Origin: Lewinellaceae bacterium
GTDB taxonomy: Bacteria; Bacteroidota; Bacteroidia; Chitinophagales; Saprospiraceae
Assembly: GCA_020636255.1 (NCBI GenBank)
Contig: JACJYE010000003.1
Location: forward strand, 125,538 to 189,537
Reading direction: 5' to 3'
Length of the DNA: 64,000 nucleotides
This document shows, in pieces, positions 1-11,915 of the stretch. The stretch's first letter is position 1; every line of letters starts with the position of its first letter. The position numbers and the translations under genes are program-made. The notes below the pieces were generated by a model, which ran no database searches, had not been told where the DNA came from, and saw only the letters and a list, made by a program, of their open reading frames with translations.

Positions 1-869
1 ACCAGCCAAAGCCGTCCGTCTTTACCCTCTAAGATGTGGCTTGGTTTCGGGTTGGCTAGCCCTTCCTCTGTTTTGATATCCAATACCGTGGCATGGCCGG
101 AACGGGGGTCGTACATGCGCAGCCCTTCACCAGGCATATCCATCCAAATCGTCCCGTCCCTACTTTTGCAAATGGCGTTGAGGGAATAGCAAATCGTATC
201 CCTTTTTTCATCCAGCAGGGGAACGAAGTGGAACTGCCCGCTGGCCTTGTCGAAGTATTCGAAGCCTGCTGTGGTAGCCAGGTAAATGCGATTGCTATCG
301 GCAATGATATTGCCCAGTACCCGCCCCTGCAATTGTCCCGGTTGCCCTCTCTTTACCCGAAACCGTTTGGCCTTTCCTGTAACGGGATCAAATTGATCCA
401 GCCCCTCCTCGCCGTCGAAGCCGATCCAAAGCAGCCCTTCCCGGTCAAATTCAAGAAATCGGGGGTTATTATCAGAGATGCTGGCCGGATCATGTTCATC
501 GTGAAAGTAATGCATATAACGTTCGGCCAAAGGGTCAAAGGCATTCAGGCCACAGCCATAGGTGCTGATCCAGAATGTACCGCCCGGATCTTCCGCCATG
601 TAGTTAATCGAGGAAGAACTGAGCGAATTCAGATCCTGAAGGTCGGACTTGTACACCTTGATGTTTGTGCCGTCATATCGATATAATCCTTCATTGGAAC
701 AAAACCAGAGGTAGCCGGCACGGTCTTCAAAAATGCTGGAAAGTATAGTCGGCACACCCTCCTTTTTCAGGGTGCTGAAGTAAAGCAGTTCGTTTATCGG
801 CTGTCCGGGAAGCAGGCAAGCGGACAGTTGTAGAACAAGGTAAAATGATATTCGAATGCTTAATTTCAA
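1..869 (-). CDS. N-terminal part of a two-component-regulator propeller (Reg_prop / Y_Y_Y-type beta-propeller repeat) protein, probably the periplasmic sensor domain of a hybrid two-component system. The gene continues beyond window position 1.
   Basis: Reverse-strand translation in one continuous frame (not in the ORF track because it runs off the edge) gives a signal peptide (TTG-start) 'LKLSIRISFYLVLQLSACLLP' followed by repeated motifs 'DRAGYLWFCSNEGLYRYDG', 'GTFWISTYGCGLNAFDP', 'EGLLWIGFDGEEGLDQFDP', 'DGTIWMDMPGEGLRMYDP' and 'GKDGRLWL'. These are typical of the Reg_prop repeat. No in-frame ATG is present; TTG at 869 follows an in-frame stop. Confidence 0.55.
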   Translation of the reverse strand, partial: MKLSIRISFYLVLQLSACLLPGQPINELLYFSTLKKEGVPTILSSIFEDRAGYLWFCSNEGLYRYDGTNIKVYKSDLQDLNSLSSSSINYMAEDPGGTFWISTYGCGLNAFDPLAERYMHYFHDEHDPASISDNNPRFLEFDREGLLWIGFDGEEGLDQFDPVTGKAKRFRVKRGQPGQLQGRVLGNIIADSNRIYLATTAGFEYFDKASGQFHFVPLLDEKRDTICYSLNAICKSRDGTIWMDMPGEGLRMYDPRSGHATVLDIKTEEGLANPKPSHILEGKDGRLWL

Positions 870-948
870 GGGCTAAAAGGTTCGTTTCTTTGTTTCTAAA
901 GTTAAGCATATTAATGGGAGAAGTAATGTTTTTTAGAAACTTGCCATA

Positions 949-1300
949 AGCTGGATACCCCAACGCAAAGAACTGATCGGGAGCTTTGTACAATCACTCA
1001 CTAAAGGACAAGCCCACTGGTTTGCCGCCATTCATCAAAGCGGGAAGGGCCAGAGCAATCCGCATTGTCATATCATCGATCACCGATCGTACAAAGATCA
1101 AGGAATAGCAAAAATCCCTGGTAAGCATCGAGGACCAAAATGGCACCGGAAATAAAAGGACTTTAGTAGTTGGAACAGCTAAATATCTTGCGTTTGATCA
1201 AACCTGACGATTCGGCTAAAGAACCAAAACGCCAATGGGCTGGTAGTATCTCTAAAGAGACGGCTTGCGGCCTTCGCCTGATCACCGAATCCGCCAACTT
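949..1300 (+). pseudogene. Decayed fragment of a MobA/MobL-type relaxase, frameshifted and lacking N- and C-terminal parts.
   Basis: Frame from 949 gives '...QAHWFAAIHQSGKGQSNPHCHIIDHRSYKDQGIAKIPGKHRG*'. This resembles the relaxase histidine motif region (aIHxDxxNpHxHIvi.R...G.g.K). A second frame (1170-1300) gives 'KRQWAGSISKETACGLRLITESAN', resembling the downstream R..Wa...N..L....idhRS segment. There is no start codon and the region has stops and frame changes. Confidence 0.35.
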
Positions 1301-1329
1301 GTTTTTTGAGGTTCCTAAGATCAAACACC

Positions 1330-1569
1330 ATGCCCCTGAAGCATCTCACCAGAATAACTTTCGACCCCACTGTAATGGGAGGCAAGCCTTGCATTAAAGG
1401 CAGGCGGATCAGCGTAGATATGATCCTGGAGTGGTTTGCTTCCGGAGCCACCATAGCCGGGCTGGTTGAGCAATTCCCTCACCTGGCCGAAGAAGGTATC
1501 CGCCAGGCGCTTTGGTATGCGGCGGAAGTTGTCAAAAATGAAAAAGTTGTAGAAATCAAGGTCGCCTGA
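1330..1569 (+). CDS. DUF433 domain protein (antitoxin-like small protein).
   Basis: 79-aa protein 'MPLKHLTRITFDPTVMGGKPCIKGRRISVDMILEWFASGATIAGLVEQFPHLAEEGIRQALWYAAE' matches the DUF433 signature (dp.v..GkP.i.GtRi.V..il..l..G.s.eei...yP.Lt.e.i..Al.yA). No DUF5615-type partner lies downstream. Confidence 0.75.
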   Translation: MPLKHLTRITFDPTVMGGKPCIKGRRISVDMILEWFASGATIAGLVEQFPHLAEEGIRQALWYAAEVVKNEKVVEIKVA

Positions 1570-1795
1570 TGGCCTTACAGATGCTGCTCCATTTTCAAGA
1601 ACCTGTTTTCAGGATTTCAAGCGAAAATCCCGGTAATCTTAAAATCCCAAAAATCCTGGCCCGGGACAGCACAGGCAATGAGCCTTCCATTTCAAAACCC
1701 AACAGCCCTATCCTCCACTACCTCACGCCAAAGGCAGAGCCTGCATTGTTATGTTTCCTCGTTCAAACCAATTATATTACCTCTTCACCAAATCA

Positions 1796-3946
1796 ATGAA
1801 AATGCAACGGAAAGATATCGCCAGGCAAGCACGGGTTTCAACCGCGCTGGTGCTGGCCCTCGCCCTGATGTGGGGATGCGCTGCTCCTGAAACGGCCACG
1901 GAGGTAAAATCACCGGATGGGCGAATAGCTATTCTATTCGCGCTGGATGATTCCGGTGCGCCGGTTTACAGCGTCTCATTCGATGGAAAGCCCGTTATCA
2001 AACCATCGGGGATGGGGTTTGAATTTAAAGACCAACCGCCGCTATCCGGCGGACTTGAGGTGGCCCAGGCCGATCTGTCTTCCTTTTCCGAAACCTGGGA
2101 AATGCCCTGGGGCGAGCAGCGGGCCGTCGACAACACCTACAACCAGCTGACGGTGGCCCTGAAGGAGAAGGAAGCTCCGGAACGCTCGCTTGTCCTCCAC
2201 TTTAAAGCGTACAACGACGGCATCGGGTTCCGCTACGAATTCCCGGCACAGGCGGGCGTAGATACCGTGATCATCATGGACGAACGGACCGGGTTCAACC
2301 TGGCCGGCGACCATACCGCTTACTGGATACCGGGTGACTGGGATATTTACGAGCATCTGTATCACAAGTGCAAAGTCAGTGAGATCAATGCCATTAAGTA
2401 CAGGAACCATCCCGGCCTGGCACAGACATATATACCGGAAAATGCAGTGAATACGCCGGTGACCATGAAAACGGATGAGGGGTTATACCTGAGCTTTCAC
2501 GAAGCCAACCTCACAGACTATGCGGGTATGACCCTGAAGGTTGACACCGCAAATTTATCCTTAACCAGCAACTTAGTCGGTTCGGATCGATTGGGCTATA
2601 AAGTAAAAAGGGCGTTGCCTTTTGAAACGCCGTGGAGAACCATCCAGATCAGTGAAACGGCCGGCGGGTTGATCGATTCCAAATTAATCGTCAACCTCAA
2701 CGAGCCCAACAAACTGGGTGATGTCTCCTGGTTCCACCCGATGAAATACGTGGGTATCTGGTGGGAAATGCACCTCGGCATATCCACCTGGGATTATGAG
2801 GGGTCGCAAAGCATGAGCTCTTTCGCCGAAGGCGGTAAAGCGGGTAGCGGCACACATGGCGCAACCACTGCAAATGCAAAGCGCTACATCGATTTTGCTG
2901 CTAAAAACGGAATTGGAGGGTTGCTCGTCGAAGGCTGGAATACGGGCTGGGATCACTGGACGGGCTTCGATGACCGGGAGGGTGTTTTTGACTTCGTTAC
3001 GGAATACCCGGATTACAGCCTGCAGGAAGTCGTGCGGTATGGAAGGGAAAAAGGGGTCGAGGTCATTATGCACCATGAGACATCCGCTGCGCCGAGAACC
3101 TACGAGCAACAACTGGACACAGCGTATGCGCTCATGAAGTCTTTGGGTATCCATGCTGTAAAAACAGGATATGTTGGAAAGATCATTCCGGCAGGTGAAT
3201 ACCACCATGGCCAATGGATGGTCAACCACTACCGCAAAGTACTAGAACATGCCGCTAAATACCAGGTGGCGGTAGATGCCCATGAGCCGATCAAAGCAAC
3301 AGGTATTCGCAGAACCTACCCCAATGCCGTCGCGCGCGAGGGCTTGAGAGGACAGGAATGGAACGCCTGGGCAAGCGACGGAGGAAACCCTCCTGACCAT
3401 CTTCCGACCGTAGCCTTTACGAGGATGCTCTCAGGCCCCATTGATTTCACGCCCGGGGTGTTCGAGCTAAGCCTGAAGCCCAAACCCAACAATCAGGTCA
3501 ACACCACGCTGGCCCAGCAGCTGGCGCTTTATGTGGTGATCTATAGCCCCATCCAAATGGCCTGCGACCTGCCGGAAAATTATGAAGGCCACCCGGCGTT
3601 CCAGTTCATCAGGGATGTAGGCGTCAACTGGGAGCATTCCCTCACCCTGGATGGTGAAGTAGGCGAATTTGTAACGATCGCCCGCGAAGAACGCGGAACA
3701 GGCAATTGGTTTATAGGGAGCATAACCAATGAGGCCGGGCGCGATATCACGATAGATTTCGGTTTCCTTCCGGAAGGTAAAGTGTTTGACGTGCAGGTTT
3801 ACCGCGATGGCGATCAGGCGCATTTCCGTGATAACCCTGGCGACTATGCCATTGAATCGGACAAGATAAAAAAAGGAGATTCCAGAAGTTATCATTTGGC
3901 CCCCGGAGGAGGGGTTGCCATTAGTTTAATGGCCATCAAAAAATAA
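1796..3946 (+). CDS. Glycoside hydrolase family 97 (SusB-like alpha-glucosidase), lipoprotein.
   Basis: Lipoprotein-type signal 'MKMQRKDIARQARVSTALVLALALMWGCAAPE'. N-terminal 'SPDGRIAILF...VYSVSFDGKPVIKPSGMGF' and catalytic-domain blocks 'GIGGLLVEGWNTGWD', 'VDAHEPIKATGIRRTYPNAVAREGLRGQEWNAW' are characteristic of GH97. Confidence 0.9.
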   Translation: MKMQRKDIARQARVSTALVLALALMWGCAAPETATEVKSPDGRIAILFALDDSGAPVYSVSFDGKPVIKPSGMGFEFKDQPPLSGGLEVAQADLSSFSETWEMPWGEQRAVDNTYNQLTVALKEKEAPERSLVLHFKAYNDGIGFRYEFPAQAGVDTVIIMDERTGFNLAGDHTAYWIPGDWDIYEHLYHKCKVSEINAIKYRNHPGLAQTYIPENAVNTPVTMKTDEGLYLSFHEANLTDYAGMTLKVDTANLSLTSNLVGSDRLGYKVKRALPFETPWRTIQISETAGGLIDSKLIVNLNEPNKLGDVSWFHPMKYVGIWWEMHLGISTWDYEGSQSMSSFAEGGKAGSGTHGATTANAKRYIDFAAKNGIGGLLVEGWNTGWDHWTGFDDREGVFDFVTEYPDYSLQEVVRYGREKGVEVIMHHETSAAPRTYEQQLDTAYALMKSLGIHAVKTGYVGKIIPAGEYHHGQWMVNHYRKVLEHAAKYQVAVDAHEPIKATGIRRTYPNAVAREGLRGQEWNAWASDGGNPPDHLPTVAFTRMLSGPIDFTPGVFELSLKPKPNNQVNTTLAQQLALYVVIYSPIQMACDLPENYEGHPAFQFIRDVGVNWEHSLTLDGEVGEFVTIAREERGTGNWFIGSITNEAGRDITIDFGFLPEGKVFDVQVYRDGDQAHFRDNPGDYAIESDKIKKGDSRSYHLAPGGGVAISLMAIKK

Positions 3947-3984
3947 GCTGCCGGTTTCGGTGATCAGGTGAAGGCTGGAAATAT

Positions 3985-4022
3985 TAGGGCCACCCCCAGG
4001 TTCTTCCTCAGGGGTGGCCCTA
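3985..4022. terminator. GC-rich hairpin between the convergent GH97 and katG genes (possible bidirectional terminator).
   Basis: Stem 'tagggccacccc' / 'ggggtggcccta' (12 bp) with a 14-nt loop. It lies in the 91-bp gap between two convergent stop codons. Confidence 0.45.
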
Positions 4023-4037
4023 TCTAACCTAACGATA

Positions 4038-6625
<2,588 letters not shown>

Positions 6626-6633
6626 AACATAGT

Positions 6634-6654
6634 TATCAGATGATAATCATTCTC
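6634..6654. promoter_or_regulatory. Fur/PerR-box-like operator immediately upstream of the Fur-family gene.
   Basis: 'tatcagATGATAATCATTcTC' matches 15/19 positions of the GATAATGATAATCATTATC Fur-box consensus. It lies 9 bp upstream of the regulator start codon. Confidence 0.45.
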
Positions 6655-6720
6655 TTTTAAGACTACTGCAAATGTAGAAATTCCTGGTGAATTTCTGAAA
6701 CTGAGGCCAAAATTTGTACA

Positions 6721-7155
6721 TCAATGATTTTCCTTATAGATCCTATCGGACAGTTTGCTGGACCAGTCTATCAACAGTTTTGCTTCTTCGTCCGTAAGTT
6801 TCTTGCCGGGCCTCCAGAGAACGTGCCTGGGCGGAGGCATCTCTCCATTCTGGACGGACTCCGCTATAGCATCCAGGGTGAACACCTGGTCCATCGGTTT
6901 CAGCTTAGGCAATTCATCCCACAGCAGCTCTTCTTTGGCATCGTCATCATCCCCTTCCTTACTATGGCAATCGTAGCATTTTTGATCGATGATCTCCTTT
7001 ATCCGCCCCTTGTACTCGATCACCACCGTATCTGCATGGCGGCGCAGCTCAGTGGAAGTTTTTCCGGCATCAGGTAATGCTTCCTGCACCGTGTAACCGA
7101 GGAAAAGGAACATTCCGAAGGCCGGAAAGGCCAGTGATCTAATGGTACGTTTCAT
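6721..7155 (-). CDS. Secreted haem-binding-domain protein (Haem_bd-like, CxxCH).
   Basis: Signal peptide 'MKRTIRSLAFPAFGMFLFLGYTVQEA', single 'CYDCHS' haem-c motif, 'EMPPPRH' Met-Pro segment. Start chosen at the internal Met that gives a signal peptide (ORF track starts at 7260). Confidence 0.6.
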   Translation of the reverse strand: MKRTIRSLAFPAFGMFLFLGYTVQEALPDAGKTSTELRRHADTVVIEYKGRIKEIIDQKCYDCHSKEGDDDDAKEELLWDELPKLKPMDQVFTLDAIAESVQNGEMPPPRHVLWRPGKKLTDEEAKLLIDWSSKLSDRIYKENH

Positions 7156-7577
7156 GGTTTTTTCCAGTATTTGAGAATGTAAACAGGCTATAAGCAGCAT
7201 TAAAGATAATTTTTTCGCTATTGTCTCAATATCATGGGCCATCCCGTTTGTGCGTTTCACTTTTTCTTAACCCTCGTTAATTTATGTTACAGGCATTACC
7301 CCGAGTATCTCCCCGTTCCTGCATCGGGAAAATAAAGGGCTTTTCTTCTCATTTTTTGCTGTTTCATCCTCCGGCAGCCCCCCTGTTATTTAGTTAATTA
7401 TTTAACCCTGGTTAAGTTTGGTTTAAAGTGCCTGTTTTTTTGCGGCGGCCCATCGTTAAGCTGCGTCATAATAATAGAACGGAAAGAAAATGTTCTTTTC
7501 TCCATTACACTAAACCGCCTGGAACGGTACATTTTGCCAGCAAAAGCAAAACGAACGGGCCAGCAAAAACCAGGGCC

Positions 7578-8918
7578 ATGAAAAAAATAATTCTGAGCTG
7601 CTTGCTCTCTGTAATGTTTCTCTCCGCGACCCATGCTCAATACGATGATGCGGTTCGCACAGGGTATGAAGGCGATTACTTCAGCCTGGAAGGAGCGCTT
7701 GACCTGTTCAAACAATCCTACACTTTAAGGGATTTTGAAAGAAAGCTCAACACGGAAGAGAACTGGGTCAACAACCTCGACCTGAACTATGACGGCAGGA
7801 TCGACTACATCCGCGTCGAACACAGGCGGCAGGGGCGTTTCCACGCTATCGTACTGCAGGCGCTGCTCGGCAGGTTTGACGCCCAGGACGTAGCCGTTAT
7901 CGAGATCGAGGTCATAGGCAGAAACGAGGCCGTACTGCAGATCATAGGGGATGAAGACCTCTATGGCCAGGAAGTCATCGTGGAACCGGTAGAAGGGTAT
8001 TCCGACAGCAGAAAGGGATACCATTCCAATTACGGCGATTTCGTCAACGTGTACTATTGGGAACCGGTGCAGTACATTCTGGGCAGGAATTACGACGTAT
8101 ACGTTTCTCCTTACCGCTGGTCGTACTATCCGGACTGGTGGAGCCCCTGGGTGCAATGCACCTGGAACATCTTCCGCCCGCGGATCGTCGTTTACCACAG
8201 GTACTACCATGTCGTGCACAGGTACCGGGTCATTCACGTTCACAACTTCTACAGGCCACACCGCTCCTATAGCTACAACGTAGTGCAACATACCAATACG
8301 GTCAGGGTTAGCCACGGCAAACCTCCCATTCACCGCCCGGAACCGGCCAAACAAAGCGACGGCAATCACAGCCGTAGAGATAACGTTGTGGAGCAGCCGA
8401 GGAGCAACACGCGCCCGAATACACCAGAACAAAAACAAAGGACTCCGGTAAGCAGAAAAAGTACAGAGCCTGTTTATAAGCAGGAGGAAAAAAGGAATAC
8501 AACGCCGGCGGCAGGCCAGAGATCCCGCAGCTCGGCAGGTTCGGAAACGCCCCGTTCAACGACTCCGGCCCAACGGCCTACGGTAAACAGCCGAAGCGGC
8601 GCTGCTTCTACCGAACAAAAAACGAGTAGGAGCACGGCGCCCCAGGTAAACCAGCCTTCTCGTGAGATACCAAGCCGTTCGGGTACGTCCACCCGCTCAA
8701 CAACCACGGCCCCGAAGCCGTCGGCAAGTAGCAGAACGGCGCCGGCAAACAAACCAAGCGCCAGCAGGAGTAGCGCTCCGAGCACAGCTCAGCCTTCGCG
8801 CAGCCAAACTTCAAGCCCGAGCTCTACGAGCCGTTCCAATGCCCCCGCTTCTCAGAAGAGCACGGCCCCGAAGAGCACGAACACGAAGAGCAGCTCCAGG
8901 AGCAGAAGCGGAAATTAG
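7578..8918 (+). CDS. Hypothetical secreted protein: ~250-aa globular N-domain with a His/Tyr/Arg-rich segment, then a ~200-aa Ser/Thr/Arg/Pro-rich low-complexity tail.
   Basis: Signal peptide 'MKKIILSCLLSVMFLSATHAQ'. Segment 'HRYYHVVHRYRVIHVHNFYRPHRSYSY'. Tail '...SRSTAPQVNQPSREIPSRSGTSTRSTTTAPKPSASSRTAPANKPSASRSSAPSTAQPSRSQTSSPSSTSRS...'. No recognisable family. Start set at the Met that gives a signal peptide. Confidence 0.7.
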   Translation: MKKIILSCLLSVMFLSATHAQYDDAVRTGYEGDYFSLEGALDLFKQSYTLRDFERKLNTEENWVNNLDLNYDGRIDYIRVEHRRQGRFHAIVLQALLGRFDAQDVAVIEIEVIGRNEAVLQIIGDEDLYGQEVIVEPVEGYSDSRKGYHSNYGDFVNVYYWEPVQYILGRNYDVYVSPYRWSYYPDWWSPWVQCTWNIFRPRIVVYHRYYHVVHRYRVIHVHNFYRPHRSYSYNVVQHTNTVRVSHGKPPIHRPEPAKQSDGNHSRRDNVVEQPRSNTRPNTPEQKQRTPVSRKSTEPVYKQEEKRNTTPAAGQRSRSSAGSETPRSTTPAQRPTVNSRSGAASTEQKTSRSTAPQVNQPSREIPSRSGTSTRSTTTAPKPSASSRTAPANKPSASRSSAPSTAQPSRSQTSSPSSTSRSNAPASQKSTAPKSTNTKSSSRSRSGN

Positions 8919-8984
8919 TAATTCTGGTTGCGATCAAGCATTGGGCCCCCAGAAGGGAATGATCCGCAACCCGTATTAATGCAG

Positions 8985-9024
8985 GCGCCACCTCCGGGCT
9001 TCCGGAGGTGGCGCTTGTTCTGTT
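8985..9024 (+). terminator. Rho-independent terminator for the 7578-8918 gene.
   Basis: 13-bp perfect stem 'gcgccacctccgg' / 'ccggaggtggcgc', loop 'gctt', followed by 'ttgttctgtt'. Confidence 0.7.
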
Positions 9025-9245
9025 AGAACTTGTTATCACCCTTGCGATTGGCCGGGCTTACCACCACGATTAAAATCGTGGGGTACGTTACTCCGCTTTC
9101 ACAAAGCGCAGCACCTGCGGCGCCTGCCCTTTTTCCAGCACTTACATGAAGTACAGGCCCGGGCGCAGTTGGCTGACATCCCAGTCCAGGCGCTCCGGGG
9201 GTTCGTCCAGCTGGCGCGTTTCGGGGGCCTGTCCCTGCTCGTTGC

Positions 9246-9335
9246 GCAGCCAAACCGTACCTCCGGCCTTTCGGCCGGAGCAGAGAATACGCAGCCAAAC
9301 CGTACCTCCGGCCTTCCGGCCGGAGCAGAGAATAC
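9246..9335. repeat. Tandem duplication of a 45-bp unit (2 copies, 1 mismatch); each copy holds an 8-bp-stem hairpin.
   Basis: 'gcagccaaaccgtacctccggccttTcggccggagcagagaatac' is repeated directly as '...ccttCcggcc...'. The inner hairpin is 'ctccggcc-tttc-ggccggag'. It lies in the convergent intergenic region between the 7578 gene and the FtsX permease. Confidence 0.8.
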
Positions 9336-9379
9336 GCCTTCTCCGAGCAGAAGCTCGGAGGTACGGGGGGCCCGATGCG

Positions 9380-11845
9380 CTACTCGTATTTAAGCGTATT
9401 AACCGGGTTGGCCAGCACCACGCGCAGAGACTGATAACTGACCGTAAGCAGCGCAATAATAAGGGTGATGCCGACGGCCAGGATGAGGTTGCCGGCACTG
9501 ATATCCGTGCGGTACGCGAAACCCTGCAGCCATCGCGACATGGCAATATAAGCTACCGGAAGGGCGACGGTGCTAGCCAGCAGCACCCAGCGTATGAAAT
9601 CGGTGGCCATCATCATAAAGAGCCGGGGCATCGACGCGCCCATCACCTTGCGGATGCCGATCTCTTTGGTGCGTTGTTCGGCGGTAAAGGCCGCCAGGCC
9701 AAAGAGGCCCAGCGAAGCGATGAAGATCGCCAGCGCCGTGAAAATACCGATGACATAACCGATCCGGGTTTCCGATTCGTATACAGCATCGTAGCGGCCG
9801 TCGAGGAAGTTGTAATCAAAAGGCTGGTTTGCCGCCATTTCATCCCAACGGCTGTGAAGGATATTGATGAAACCGGGAATATCATCGCCTTTGATCCGGA
9901 AAACGATAAAATCACCCCAATGCCCCAGATATATGATCAGCGGCTGAATGGGTTGCCTGAGCGACTCGAAATGGAAATCCTTCACGACGCCGATCACCTC
10001 GTGCGGCGTATACTCGATCTGCCCGTCTGACTCACCGTCCATGGAGCTGATCTCCTTGCCCAGTGGCTCGTCCAGGTTGAATATCTTCACTGCCGCCTCG
10101 TTGATGATGACGGCGTTGGAATCGGCGGGGAAATCCAAAGAGAAGTTACGGCCTTTGTCGATCGCCATGCCCATCGTTTCAATAAAATCGCGGTCGACAT
10201 ACCAGCTCTGCAAAATTTGCGTGCCTTCAGGGTTGGGGTTGCGCCCCAGGAAATGCCCGTTGTTATTCCTGGCCGAGGGCGTCGGCAGAAAGCTGGTGAT
10301 CGTAGCATTGGCCACCTGCGGCTGCTTTAACATTTCCTGCTTGAAGGCCTCCAGTTTATTACCCAGCCCCCCGGCATTATTGAGGATCAGCAGGTGCTCT
10401 TTCTCGTACCCCAGGTTCTTGTTCTGGATGTACCGAAGTTGGTTGTAGATCACAATGGTCCCAACGATCAGGCCTACCGTAATGGCGAACTGGAACACGA
10501 CCAGCCCATTGCGCAACCAGGCGCCTTCGGGGCGGTTGGTGAATTTGCCTTTCAGCACCTTGATCGGCCGAAAGCTGGAAAGGAAGAACGCCGGGTAGCT
10601 GCCCGCCAGCAGCCCGACGACAACGGCCAGCAGGGCCATGATGCCCAAAAGCCAGGGCTGAATGACATTCGAAAAACTTATGGCCTTGCCGGACAGCTGG
10701 TTAAAGTAAGGTAGTAATAGTAAGACCAGCCCCACACCAAGAAGCAGGGACAACACGCTGACCACCAGAGATTCGCTGAGGAACTGCTGGATGATCTGGC
10801 CCCGCTGAGCACCGACGACCTTGCGCATCCCGACCTCGCGCGCCCGGCTCGCCGAGCGCGCTGTCGACAGGTTTACGAAGTTGATGCAGGCCAGCAGCAG
10901 AATAAACAGGCCGATGAAGGAAAAAGCGTAAACATACCGGATGTCTCCGGGTGGCATGATCTCATCCGCCTTATGGCTGTAAAGGTGGATGCGCGATACC
11001 GGGAACAACGAAAAATCCATGGTATTGCCATCGGCGAGAAAGTCATCGTAGCTCTGCCCGACAAACTTTTCGAGCTGAGAACCGACATGGGTACGTATAA
11101 TCTGGGGAAACGCCCGTTCCAGATCTTTGGTGCTGGCCCCCTCCCTCAGGAGCAGGTAGGTATAAAAATTGAAGCTCAGCCACTGGCCCGAGCGGCTCTC
11201 CTCAAGGGTCGCCATAGAGATGAGCAGGTCATAATTGAAGTGTGTATTGTGCGGTATCGGTTCCATAACACCGGTAACGCGATAGGCGTTTTTGTCGTCG
11301 AAGATCAACATCTTACCCATCGGCTCCTCTTCTCCAAAATACTTCCTGGCCACATCGGAAGAAACGACTACCGAATTGGGTTCCGCCAGGGCTGTTTGCG
11401 GGTTTCCGCTCAACAAATGGAGTGAGAACAGGCTGAAAAGCGTTGAATCGGCAAAGGCCGTATGCTCTTCCCTGTAGGCCTGTTCGCCATAATGCACCAG
11501 GTGGGCTCCCGTTTCCCGTATCCTGAACTGTTGCTCAACGGCAGGATATTCGCTCACCAGCAAGGGGCCCCAGGGGTCTCCGACCGTCGCGATATCGATC
11601 TCCTGGCCAAATAATTTGCCGAGGAAATGCATGCGGTAAAGGCGGCCGGCATTTTCGTGGTAACTGTCGTAGCTCAGTTCATCCTTGACGAAGATGATGA
11701 TGAACAAAAAGCAGGCGATGCCGAGCGCCAGGCCAAGAATGTTGATGAGGGAGAAGAACCTGCTTTTCCACAGGTTGCGGAACGCGACAAGAATATAGTT
11801 TTTCCACATGTCGGGTTGATTGTTGGTTTGGGCCATGTATGGCAA
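9380..11845 (-). CDS. ABC transporter permease, FtsX/MacB-like with two FtsX domains.
   Basis: 821 aa. N-terminal 'MWKNYILVAFRNLWKSRFFSLINILGLALGIAC' is typical of MacB_PCD/FtsX permeases, and C-terminal helices 'GIRKVMGASMPRLFMMMATDFIRWVLLAS' are likewise typical. The true start is possibly the internal Met at ~11809. Confidence 0.88.
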   Translation of the reverse strand: MPYMAQTNNQPDMWKNYILVAFRNLWKSRFFSLINILGLALGIACFLFIIIFVKDELSYDSYHENAGRLYRMHFLGKLFGQEIDIATVGDPWGPLLVSEYPAVEQQFRIRETGAHLVHYGEQAYREEHTAFADSTLFSLFSLHLLSGNPQTALAEPNSVVVSSDVARKYFGEEEPMGKMLIFDDKNAYRVTGVMEPIPHNTHFNYDLLISMATLEESRSGQWLSFNFYTYLLLREGASTKDLERAFPQIIRTHVGSQLEKFVGQSYDDFLADGNTMDFSLFPVSRIHLYSHKADEIMPPGDIRYVYAFSFIGLFILLLACINFVNLSTARSASRAREVGMRKVVGAQRGQIIQQFLSESLVVSVLSLLLGVGLVLLLLPYFNQLSGKAISFSNVIQPWLLGIMALLAVVVGLLAGSYPAFFLSSFRPIKVLKGKFTNRPEGAWLRNGLVVFQFAITVGLIVGTIVIYNQLRYIQNKNLGYEKEHLLILNNAGGLGNKLEAFKQEMLKQPQVANATITSFLPTPSARNNNGHFLGRNPNPEGTQILQSWYVDRDFIETMGMAIDKGRNFSLDFPADSNAVIINEAAVKIFNLDEPLGKEISSMDGESDGQIEYTPHEVIGVVKDFHFESLRQPIQPLIIYLGHWGDFIVFRIKGDDIPGFINILHSRWDEMAANQPFDYNFLDGRYDAVYESETRIGYVIGIFTALAIFIASLGLFGLAAFTAEQRTKEIGIRKVMGASMPRLFMMMATDFIRWVLLASTVALPVAYIAMSRWLQGFAYRTDISAGNLILAVGITLIIALLTVSYQSLRVVLANPVNTLKYE

Positions 11846-11915
11846 AGAATAGGGTTTGCACCCATCTTAAATGATGCCTTTTTCGGCGGTAGGCCCCTAT
11901 GTGAAATGCGGAAAA

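Noticed and set aside
93-686. 197-aa plus-strand ORF at the window start.
   Set aside because: It is antisense to a clearly coding minus-strand Reg_prop repeat protein (conserved beta-propeller motifs in one continuous reverse frame). It is a GC-driven spurious ORF.
9146-9546. 134-aa minus ORF spanning the 45-bp tandem repeats and overlapping the FtsX permease 3' end.
   Set aside because: It overlaps a confidently coding gene. The repeat region is better read as non-coding hairpins. Only the last ~16 codons resemble anything (a CTD stub), and this is handled as a low-interest finding.
11845-11845. Exact start of the FtsX permease (11845 vs ~11809).
   Set aside because: Both are in frame. 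The family N-terminus (MWKNYILVAFRNL) begins at the internal Met, but the upstream Met cannot be excluded; the longer coordinate is kept with a note.
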